Virus record (IMG/VR): IMGVR_UViG_3300044568_004364
Direction: 5' to 3' (one strand)
Source of the DNA: a virus
Length of the DNA: 64,000 nucleotides
The notes under the pieces are model-generated. The model did not search any database. It had not been told where the DNA came from and was given only the letters and a program-made list of their open reading frames with translations. Positions 17,564-26,016 of the stretch are shown here, piece after piece; within the stretch, counting starts at the first letter, position 1; every line of letters begins with the position of its first letter. A program made the position numbers and the translations under genes.

Positions 17564-19093
17564 TTATGCGTAATCTTCAATCATACGCGCAAGTTCGCTA
17601 TCTGGAATTTCAATACCAGCTGCAAGCGCGCCTGCTGACATATTCAATCCACGTGATAACTTACGAAGGTTTGCGCTTTGCTTGCTCTTACCTTTGCGAA
17701 GTAATTCAACAACATGTAATCTTGATTTTTGGTCCAGTTTCATGCCGTCAGCCAATTCAATGGTGCCAACAATCTTCTCCATGAAATCATAAATTTCCAT
17801 TTCGGTTGGATCGATGTTAATAATAAGTGCGCGTGTACGCAGCGCACCATCTGGATCCAATTTATCCAAGCTCAAGTTGGAGATAAAGATAATCTTACCA
17901 GTAAATTCAAAGTAACGTGGGATTTGACCGTTATCGAGAATTTCTTCGTCTGTAAGATCTCCTTCAGGATCAACTACGTTTTTGCCCATCTTGTTCCATA
18001 CGAGCTTACGTACCTTCTTAGTATCGGTTGCCGCTTTAAGAAGGTTACGTGCTTCTTGGTCGCCCAATGCATCGTCACTATCATCGAAGAATACAACTTC
18101 ATTCTTATAACGGAACAACAAGCTATATAGTCCAGCAGCACTTGCGCTACCTGTATTCTTGAAGTAACCGTTACCATCTCTCAATCCAAGGTCGGCAAGA
18201 ATCTTTTCTGTGGTGTGTGTTTTACCTACGCCGCCTTTACCAGATACAAACAGTGCATTGGATGCGCCGTTTACTGTAAATTTAACAAGGCGCTCAAGAT
18301 CTTGCAATTGCGCTTCAAAGGATAGGCGTGTACGTTGATTTTCAAGCTCGTCAATTTGAGCATCTCCTTTATAGCGCTCTATTGAACTACCTTTGGTAAT
18401 CTTACCTGTTACAATACCAACCTTTTGCAAGATTTCTTCTTTGCCGCTCTTAAGTGCTTTAAGATCTTTATTAGAGCCAGCCCAGACATACTTGGTGCCT
18501 TGCTTGGTAATAAGATCTGGGTATTTCATTTCAAGCGCATCAAAAATCTTTACGCCTGAACTTTTAAATGCATTCCAAACTTTACCTTTGCTAAAAGAAG
18601 GGTCAACAATCATATCGACAATTTCGTCAAAGATTGTATCAAAGTCGTATTCAGCTGCCTCATGCAATACGTTTTCATATAGCGGTACACCATCAGCAAT
18701 AGTGCTAATAGATCCTAGTGATGGTGTGCCACTGCTAATAATGTCAGCAATCACTGGAAGTGTTTTTACAAGAGATACAGTTTGATCAAATTCAATGTGA
18801 AATGGCGCAGATGAGATACCATCCCAATAGTCAATACTCTCAAGGTTATTTAATCCTGCAGCTCCACTTTGTTTCCAGTTAAAACGTACGCTAAGTCCTT
18901 TACGCACTGCATAGAAACGTAATCCAAAACCAACACCGTTGGAATTTTGATATTGCTCTAGGCCTGGGTAGCGGAAGAAAACTTTACCAGTCTTCTTTTT
19001 AAGATAACGTGAAATAATGAATGCAGCTTTATTAACACCAGAGGTGGATAGCGCTTCGGATAGGTATTCTTTATAATGATTTAGGCTTGACAT
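17564..19093 (-). CDS. AAA+ ATPase with N-terminal extension
   Basis: Walker A GKGGVGKT, Walker B VVFFDD, IIFISN, ALRTR; tandem late promoters at 19099-19106 and 19113-19120. Confidence 0.75.
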   Translation of the reverse strand: MSSLNHYKEYLSEALSTSGVNKAAFIISRYLKKKTGKVFFRYPGLEQYQNSNGVGFGLRFYAVRKGLSVRFNWKQSGAAGLNNLESIDYWDGISSAPFHIEFDQTVSLVKTLPVIADIISSGTPSLGSISTIADGVPLYENVLHEAAEYDFDTIFDEIVDMIVDPSFSKGKVWNAFKSSGVKIFDALEMKYPDLITKQGTKYVWAGSNKDLKALKSGKEEILQKVGIVTGKITKGSSIERYKGDAQIDELENQRTRLSFEAQLQDLERLVKFTVNGASNALFVSGKGGVGKTHTTEKILADLGLRDGNGYFKNTGSASAAGLYSLLFRYKNEVVFFDDSDDALGDQEARNLLKAATDTKKVRKLVWNKMGKNVVDPEGDLTDEEILDNGQIPRYFEFTGKIIFISNLSLDKLDPDGALRTRALIINIDPTEMEIYDFMEKIVGTIELADGMKLDQKSRLHVVELLRKGKSKQSANLRKLSRGLNMSAGALAAGIEIPDSELARMIEDYA

Positions 19094-19123
19094 AAAACTA
19101 TTTATATAGCATTATTTATAAAA

Positions 19124-19672
19124 TTACACATTTAAGCCACTCACTGCACGAGACTTTCGTCCAGAACTAAACGGCGTATTGGCCACAGGCGTGTTATCAG
19201 GCTCTGTTGAGATGTTTGCCATAGGATCACTAATATCATACAGTCTCATCTTTGGTAAATCAATTCCAATAGTAAATCGCTTGTTGGTTGTTGGATCATT
19301 GTACCGATTCTTAAGTTGCTTAACCATAATTTGATTCATCTTGTCAAGTTGTTCGGTGCGAATAAATGCAAGCATCAAATCGGCTGTTGCAGGTAGTCCA
19401 AAACTGTTTTTTGTTAAAATGCCGTTGCAGTAAAATAGGTTATCGCCTGAGGTTGAAATGTCTGTAGTTTCAACCTCACCAACATCCTCAATAGAAACAA
19501 TAGGATCATTATAATTTAGGTTAAGATCACTTTTTGTATTCTTATCAATTTTTTCAGTTTCAAGCGCAATTAACATATCAGTTAATTCAAAAACATCGGT
19601 ATGTTCGGACACCATACCCTTTGTGATAAGCTCATTTGCTTTAATTAGACAATATTCTTCAAGCGGTTGCAT
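19124..19672 (-). CDS. 41: gp41 helicase fragment 3: IntC-2 (19406-19672) plus C-terminal extein
   Basis: ...DISTSGDNLFYCNGILTKN|SFGLPATAD...KQLKNRYND. Confidence 0.9.
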   Translation of the reverse strand: MQPLEEYCLIKANELITKGMVSEHTDVFELTDMLIALETEKIDKNTKSDLNLNYNDPIVSIEDVGEVETTDISTSGDNLFYCNGILTKNSFGLPATADLMLAFIRTEQLDKMNQIMVKQLKNRYNDPTTNKRFTIGIDLPKMRLYDISDPMANISTEPDNTPVANTPFSSGRKSRAVSGLNV

Positions 19673-20720
19673 AGTATTTTTCTTTAATATTTTGTGTTAT
19701 AGTATTTCTTTTTAATTCAAGATCTTCGTCCGACCATACAATGTATAAATCATGGCCGTACTGTTTAATAGTATTTTCTTTAATATGGTTATAAGCAAGG
19801 TTTTCTTCTTTAGATCCAAAGCCTTTCCACTCAGTTTCAGGACGCGCGTGCCAAAATGCACCATTATATTCAATTGTTATTTTTAATGATTGAATCGTAA
19901 AATCATAAAAGAAGTTCATGCCATTATAATGATGCGCAAATTCTTTACTTCCGCGAATGCCCCAAAAGATATCATTTTTATTAACACCTAGTTTTCTAAT
20001 ACTTTTATAAAGCGGGATGAAAAATTTAAGTGATTCCTTTGAGCATTTGCCATTCACTGCAGTTGTGCCAAACCGTTCAATCAATGTAGCCTTTCGTTTT
20101 TCGTGCTGTGCTTTTAATTTAGTCGTACCTATATCAAACCCATATTTTTCAATATAATTTGCATATGATAACTCAGATTTTATAGAAATTTGTTTTCTGA
20201 GAATTTCCGACTCGTTTAAATCATAGCCTCTAGCAATCCAATATTCAATACAATTGGGTAAATATTCTTTATAACTTAAGCTGTTCAATTTAAATTTATG
20301 ATGCTTCTTCTTTGAGTTTTTACTTTGCAATTCAGAAACCTGCTTTTTGGCTTCTTCGGCAGATAAGCCTTTAGCAATCCAATAAGTAATCGTAAAGCAT
20401 GAATTAATATTTACCGCTTTGGGCCGCGCCGCGTATGTGGTTTTTAACTTTTTACCTGAGCCTAAGCCATGTCTAATATCCGCTTTACGATATTGATTAT
20501 TAGATGAATTGTATTCTGTGAATAATGAAATATATGAATTTTCATTATTCATAAGTATGTCTTTAAACAATTCATATTTGCGCTTAAGGGACGATGATAG
20601 TTTTTTATGACCAATATATTCAGCTATAAATTGAATAAAATATTGTTTTTTATCATCAGGCAATTTATTAATTATGTCACGTATGGGTTTTCTCTCTAAT
20701 GGATCAGTAATAGCTATCAT
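19659..20720 (-). CDS. Vsr-like (EDxHD) homing endonuclease
   Basis: Repeated YWIAxG units plus C-terminal FYDF...IEYNGAFWH; lies between split-intein halves; late promoter at 20740-20747. Confidence 0.8.
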   Translation of the reverse strand: MIAITDPLERKPIRDIINKLPDDKKQYFIQFIAEYIGHKKLSSSLKRKYELFKDILMNNENSYISLFTEYNSSNNQYRKADIRHGLGSGKKLKTTYAARPKAVNINSCFTITYWIAKGLSAEEAKKQVSELQSKNSKKKHHKFKLNSLSYKEYLPNCIEYWIARGYDLNESEILRKQISIKSELSYANYIEKYGFDIGTTKLKAQHEKRKATLIERFGTTAVNGKCSKESLKFFIPLYKSIRKLGVNKNDIFWGIRGSKEFAHHYNGMNFFYDFTIQSLKITIEYNGAFWHARPETEWKGFGSKEENLAYNHIKENTIKQYGHDLYIVWSDEDLELKRNTITQNIKEKYYATA

Positions 20721-20751
20721 AAAATCTGTAGTATGATATTATTTATAATAA

Positions 20752-21930
20752 TTACATTTTGCCGAGTACAACAGATAGAATGTCTGAAACATTTAATCCG
20801 GTATTAACACTAATACGTTTAACATTCCCATTGTTTTTACATGGAAATACATGATCCTTCGAAACAATTATTGATTTACCGCTTTCGGTTGTAATCTTTA
20901 CACAATCTTTCATCTTATTATGATGCTTAAACATTACTGTTTTATATTCATCATTTGCAGTAATTTGGTCACCTAGTTTAACTTCATCGAGTGTTTTAAC
21001 TTGTCCATCACGCATAGTAACGGATTCAGTAATAGCAATACATTCACTTGTATCCGTAATTTCGATATCACTGCTGGAATATCCCGCTCTTGTAACTTGA
21101 GTTGCGCTCCAGATAGGAACATTAAATTCAACAGCCAATCCACGAATTTCTTCAGCAATACTTTTGATAAGACTATAAGTATTGACACTACCGCTCAATC
21201 CTTTCATGCGACTACTCGCGCAAATGTTTAGATAATCAATATAAATGATGTCTGGCTCAAACTTCTTTTTCAATTTGAGTTCAAGTAACAATGCGCGAAA
21301 GTGACCAACGTGTGCGCTCGCGGTTGGATATTCTTTGACAACAAGTTTACCTTTGGTTTTATCGCTAATACCTTTAACCTTTGTGTTGAATGATGCTTTA
21401 GTCAAGTCTTTTAATTGGTCAATACGAACATCAAAAAGATTGGCATCAATACGTTCTGCAATCTTTTCTTCAGCCATTTCCATTGTAATGTATAGTACAT
21501 TACGACCTTGTGCCAATGCAGCGCTTGCCATGTGACACATACCTAAGCTCTTTCCGCAACCCGTATTATGTGAAGAAACACCATCAGTATAGTATCGGTG
21601 ATTTTCATGCTCAACTTGAATATCAACGATTGGAATTTGCTTTCCTGTTTTTGTAACAATACCAATTTGGTATCCGTCTTCAGTCAGATATTGCTGTTTT
21701 TTAAGAACTAGATCTTTTGCATATTGCCAACCATCAATAGTTTCAAACAAGTGATTTTCATTGACTCGAATAACTTTTCCGCTATTAAGCAATAAAACGT
21801 ATTCTTCCCACATTCCTTTATCAACAAATGCTGATACGGGAACAAAACCATCGGGTGAATCTACTTCTATTGTGTATCCTGCATTCAGGAGCTCTTCAAT
21901 TTCTTTAATTTTAATAATTTTTTCGGTCAT
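20752..21930 (-). CDS. 41: gp41 helicase fragment 2: IntC-1 (21565-21930), middle extein, IntN-2 (20755-21042)
   Basis: HRYYTDGVSSHN|TGCGKS, YITMEM, IDYLNI, SATQ...DTSE|CIAITES...SKDHVFP. Confidence 0.92.
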   Translation of the reverse strand: MTEKIIKIKEIEELLNAGYTIEVDSPDGFVPVSAFVDKGMWEEYVLLLNSGKVIRVNENHLFETIDGWQYAKDLVLKKQQYLTEDGYQIGIVTKTGKQIPIVDIQVEHENHRYYTDGVSSHNTGCGKSLGMCHMASAALAQGRNVLYITMEMAEEKIAERIDANLFDVRIDQLKDLTKASFNTKVKGISDKTKGKLVVKEYPTASAHVGHFRALLLELKLKKKFEPDIIYIDYLNICASSRMKGLSGSVNTYSLIKSIAEEIRGLAVEFNVPIWSATQVTRAGYSSSDIEITDTSECIAITESVTMRDGQVKTLDEVKLGDQITANDEYKTVMFKHHNKMKDCVKITTESGKSIIVSKDHVFPCKNNGNVKRISVNTGLNVSDILSVVLGKM

Positions 21931-21983
21931 ATAAAGGTGTGATTTGTATAAATATAATGTTAGCTGGAACAGGAATCAATCTT

Positions 21984-22799
21984 ATGAAATTTTACGCTCG
22001 AATCTATTATAACATATGTAATGAAAATGTAAATAACAAAATTCATTATTGTAAAGGATCAAACATACATAAACATCATATCATTCCACGACATGCGGGC
22101 GGCGGAGAAGATGAAAGTAATTTTACTTACCTTAGTATTAGACAGCATATAGCAGCACATTTCTTATTGTGGAAAATTCATGGTATGGTTAATGACCTAC
22201 GATCAATGCATATGCTAGGAGCAAATTTAACATATGAACAAAGACGTATTGTTGGCAAATGGTGTTATGAGAATAAGATAGGAATGTTTTCAATTGGTAA
22301 GGAAGATCGAGCTGAAATTTCACGTAAAGGAATTAAGACACAAATTAAAAATAAATTAGGCATTCACAATCCAGAAAACTTTTCAAAATTTGCATCACTT
22401 GGTGGAAAAGCTTCAATAATTTCGCCCAATAACCCATGGGCGTATTGGGCCTCAAAGGAAGGCCGCTCGAAGCGTGGACATATGGGAGGAAAATCACATA
22501 TTGGTAAATTATGGATTCATAAAAACGATGTTATAACACGATGTCTTTATAATGAAATTCAACAAAAAATTGATGAAGGATGGCAATACGGTATGAAAGA
22601 TGGTGGAAAAGAATATGTGAATAACGGAGAAAAAACATTTCGTATTGAAACCAATAAGATATTTGAATTGCTTTTGCGTGGTTGGCAATTAGGAAAAGCA
22701 CGCAATTACCAACCAGATCGCAAGCGGTCTAAGAAAGAATTTTCTTATGAATCCTTACTCGAATTGGAGTCTCAGGGTGAACACAGCCGGCAAGAATAA
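21984..22799 (+). CDS. HNH homing endonuclease
   Basis: HKHHIIPRHAGG...N...H...H; GW-repeat C-terminal DNA-binding modules; plus-strand late promoter at 21947-21954. Confidence 0.85.
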   Translation: MKFYARIYYNICNENVNNKIHYCKGSNIHKHHIIPRHAGGGEDESNFTYLSIRQHIAAHFLLWKIHGMVNDLRSMHMLGANLTYEQRRIVGKWCYENKIGMFSIGKEDRAEISRKGIKTQIKNKLGIHNPENFSKFASLGGKASIISPNNPWAYWASKEGRSKRGHMGGKSHIGKLWIHKNDVITRCLYNEIQQKIDEGWQYGMKDGGKEYVNNGEKTFRIETNKIFELLLRGWQLGKARNYQPDRKRSKKEFSYESLLELESQGEHSRQE

Positions 22800-23379
22800 T
22801 ATTAAGCGTCTTGCGTGGTATACCTCCGCCTGTAATAACATTAAACATATCAAGATCAAATGGTATCTTATCTTCGGTCTTATGATAAAATTCATAACGG
22901 CTTTCAGCATTCTCAAGGTAATCGTGTCCTACATTTGTATCAAAAGTGACGCTTAATGCTTTACTTAATATAGTAGGAATTGAGCCTTCACTCTTTTCAA
23001 GATCTTTACCATCAATGATAGAGATTGACTCCATGATGGCAAGATATACTGCACGGTCCTTACACCATTTTTCGGTACTATCAATAATCCATTGCTCGTC
23101 AACCGTTAGGTGTTCTGATAATGCATTGATGTAATAGTTAACCTCGGCTGCATTGGCATTACGACTAGCGTCAGACGCCTTATATTCAATACTTAATGCT
23201 GTACTGTTTGGCAGCTTATTATACTTGGTAATAAACTTTAAGATAGCCTCATATATAGTGCGATGAATACCATCAAAATATTCAGGCTTTATGTGTGGCA
23301 GCGCTTTGCGACAAAATACTTCATTGTGTATAAGATTGTTAATGATTGTTGTTTCAAGATTTGTCTCCATGTTTTCCAA
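22729..23379 (-). CDS. 41: gp41 helicase fragment 1: N-extein plus 18-aa IntN-1 (22732-22785)
   Basis: gp41 N-terminal domain, GHDYLEN, GGIPRKTLNIILAG|CVHPETPIRVRIHKKILS*. Confidence 0.9.
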   Translation of the reverse strand: MENMETNLETTIINNLIHNEVFCRKALPHIKPEYFDGIHRTIYEAILKFITKYNKLPNSTALSIEYKASDASRNANAAEVNYYINALSEHLTVDEQWIIDSTEKWCKDRAVYLAIMESISIIDGKDLEKSEGSIPTILSKALSVTFDTNVGHDYLENAESRYEFYHKTEDKIPFDLDMFNVITGGGIPRKTLNIILAGCVHPETPIRVRIHKKILS

Positions 23380-23662
23380 TTTTGTATTCCTGATTTGTTA
23401 AGATATCGCACAAGACATCACCAGCAAAGTTTTTAAAGTCGGTGTCTGCGTTTAAGTCAATTATATCAAAACACGCTGGTTTGTAAATAATTTTATAGTC
23501 AAAATTTAATTGACACTTATCATGTTTCACATCTTCATCTACGCTTATGGTACCATACTTATATCGTATTCCATAGTACTTTGCGTTTGTGCATTGGATC
23601 CCACAAACATTTTGGTTTGCGGGATCGTCAATGAAAATATAGTCGCTTATTTCACTGGGCAT
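23354..23662 (-). CDS. 40: probable head vertex assembly chaperone gp40
   Basis: Position between uvsX and 41; YKYGTI...LNFDY...F...GDVL motif. Confidence 0.65.
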   Translation of the reverse strand: MPSEISDYIFIDDPANQNVCGIQCTNAKYYGIRYKYGTISVDEDVKHDKCQLNFDYKIIYKPACFDIIDLNADTDFKNFAGDVLCDILTNQEYKIGKHGDKS

Positions 23663-23667
23663 ATCCT

Positions 23668-24738
23668 TTATGCTTCGTCTTCGTGTAAGTCAACCATCGC
23701 GTCTTCGCTATCCGTAATCATGTCGCGTAAGCCAATGGTATACTTGTTCTTAATGTAATCTGCAAAATCAGTATTCTTAAATACGTTTTCCCAGAACTCT
23801 TTGGTCATGGTTGCAGCTTCACGCAATGAACCGCTAAGATCGGTTTTGGTTGCAGGGTTATGCGCAACATACCATCCGTTCTTTGGCTTCACTACATATC
23901 CAGCATCAACCGCAACAGCAAGTAATCCACTCCATTTTTCAATACCGCCTTTCCAACTTACACTAATTGGAATCTTGCTCTTTTCTTTAACAAAGCGGCT
24001 CTTCTCTACATTGATTACAAAGTGATAGCCTTGAATTTCGGTACCATCTTTATCTTGTTGGCGACCAATAATCCAAACATTGTCCGCACTATACATGATG
24101 CCAGTTCCACCGCTAACAATAGCTTTTGGGAACAAGCCAATTTCTTGATAGGTATGGTTGATTGCAAGCAAGCAAATGTTTTTCATTGTAAGGTATGGCG
24201 TAACCATACGGAACAATCCTTTAAGCGCTTTAGCACGTGTCATATCGGCCACGCTCTTTTCATTCATTGCATCTTCAAGTTCTTTCTTACTTGCAAGGTT
24301 ACCAACACTATCAATAACAATAATTACCTTATCTTTGCGCTCCATCTGCTCAAGCTGATTCACAATATCAAACTTAAGTTCTTCAATGTTTTTAATAGGA
24401 ATATGCAAGACACGCTTTGTGTCAATACCAAAGCTCTCAAAGTAACTCTGAGGACTGCCAAATTCACTATCATAAAACATAAGACATGCATCGCTATGTT
24501 TCTTAAGATATGCACTTGCCATAAGTAGTGCAAAGCTGGTCTTAAAGTGTTTACTTGGACCTGCAAGTACTGTTAGTCCACTTGTTAATCCAGCATCAAT
24601 GCTACCTCCAAGTGCAACATTAATCATTGGTACGCTTGTTGTAGTAATATCTTTCTCAGCATAAAATTCACTATCTGATAGGACATCCGCTTCTTTAATG
24701 CGGCAATTCTTTTTTAGTTTCTCTAGTATATTTGACAT
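23668..24738 (-). CDS. uvsX: RecA-like recombinase UvsX
   Basis: AGPSKHFKT, FYDSEFG, IDSVGNLAS, INHTY, EKSRFVKEK. Confidence 0.95.
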   Translation of the reverse strand: MSNILEKLKKNCRIKEADVLSDSEFYAEKDITTTSVPMINVALGGSIDAGLTSGLTVLAGPSKHFKTSFALLMASAYLKKHSDACLMFYDSEFGSPQSYFESFGIDTKRVLHIPIKNIEELKFDIVNQLEQMERKDKVIIVIDSVGNLASKKELEDAMNEKSVADMTRAKALKGLFRMVTPYLTMKNICLLAINHTYQEIGLFPKAIVSGGTGIMYSADNVWIIGRQQDKDGTEIQGYHFVINVEKSRFVKEKSKIPISVSWKGGIEKWSGLLAVAVDAGYVVKPKNGWYVAHNPATKTDLSGSLREAATMTKEFWENVFKNTDFADYIKNKYTIGLRDMITDSEDAMVDLHEDEA

Positions 24739-24780
24739 AATTTAATTTATTTTGTATAGTTATTATATACGGTTTTTTCT

Positions 24781-26013
24781 TCAATGTAAATGGAAAAATG
24801 CATCGAGTGGCTCAGTATTTGACTCTTCTTTAACGGTTAGAGCGCTGCTGTATACCTGTGACTTGTTATTTTGTTTGACATATGAACTTGGTCCAAAGTC
24901 AGTTTGACCAGCTAGGTAAGCCATGATCCCACGCATCATATCCGCAGCGGTACTCACAGGTACGTTTTGACATATATGATTAATCTTAGAGCGTGGATTA
25001 TCACCAGCTAGGTTAAAGTCATCAGGCATTTTCATAATGCGCATACATTCACGAACGGTAACAAATCGTCCAGTATATGCATTAATCAAATAGTGTGGCT
25101 GCGCGCCAATGAGTGAAGGAATTTCACCTTTGCCCATTGTAATACCATGCGCCCAGTAACCTTTCCCATCTTCAAGTTTCTTTTGCATTGCAACTGCACG
25201 GTCAGCAAAACGATCATATCCTTTATTACGCATCCAATCAGCAACATCATATAGTGTGCCATCAAATCCACGATCAGATTCTACAATACAATTTGTTGAC
25301 TTATTGATTTTGTTAAAGTAGTCCATGATTGTTTCCGATCCTGTCTTGTGCATGCAATAGCGGAGCCATGGGTTATCCATCGGATCATCGTTATTTCCGC
25401 GTATATTCATTGGATCATTTGGATCAATGGCACGTTCAAAGATACGTTCAACCGGCTCAAATTCACGACGGTGCCATGGGAATATTGGAGCGCGCTCACT
25501 GCGCGTAAAGAAGTAGAATGTACGCGGACGCTTTTGTGCAAGACCATGCAAGCGGCTTTCTGTATAATACAAGTTAAGACTATAACCATAACGCTGCCCA
25601 ATTTCATATAGGCGATCCGCTACAGGTGCGCCTGCACTCGTATATAGACGCGGCGCATTCTCTCCCCAAAATACTTTAGGTCCAATCTCACTCAATACAT
25701 ATTCTGCTGTGGTATATAACCAATCATTCACTGCACTATTTGCGCTGCTGCTTACGCTCAAGCTGCTAAGACCTGCGCATGGGCACACACTATTTACAAC
25801 ATCAACAGTTGATGGCTTATATGTTTTATCTTCATCGAGAAATACATAGTCACCAGTCCATCCACGCTTTTCGCGAATGTATTGTATATAATGACTATCA
25901 TTATTTTTAAACGGACTATAACTCAAGACATATTCTGGGAGCTGTCCATTTGTCGCTTCCATGATTCCTAAACTCTCTCCGCCAATAAGCGGGATTATTG
26001 ATGCATACTTCAT
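24781..26013 (-). CDS. C5 cytosine methyltransferase-like protein
   Basis: CPCAGLS (PC motif), GENAP, QKRPR, TVRECMR, QNVP; motif I altered to IPLIGG. Confidence 0.75.
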   Translation of the reverse strand: MKYASIIPLIGGESLGIMEATNGQLPEYVLSYSPFKNNDSHYIQYIREKRGWTGDYVFLDEDKTYKPSTVDVVNSVCPCAGLSSLSVSSSANSAVNDWLYTTAEYVLSEIGPKVFWGENAPRLYTSAGAPVADRLYEIGQRYGYSLNLYYTESRLHGLAQKRPRTFYFFTRSERAPIFPWHRREFEPVERIFERAIDPNDPMNIRGNNDDPMDNPWLRYCMHKTGSETIMDYFNKINKSTNCIVESDRGFDGTLYDVADWMRNKGYDRFADRAVAMQKKLEDGKGYWAHGITMGKGEIPSLIGAQPHYLINAYTGRFVTVRECMRIMKMPDDFNLAGDNPRSKINHICQNVPVSTAADMMRGIMAYLAGQTDFGPSSYVKQNNKSQVYSSALTVKEESNTEPLDAFFHLH

Positions 26014-26016
26014 ATA

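Noticed and set aside
19659-22799. Group I introns or pseudogenisation of gp41
   Set aside because: Breakpoints coincide exactly with intein terminal residues (C...HN|T and C...KN|S) and the spacers are too short for ribozyme cores.
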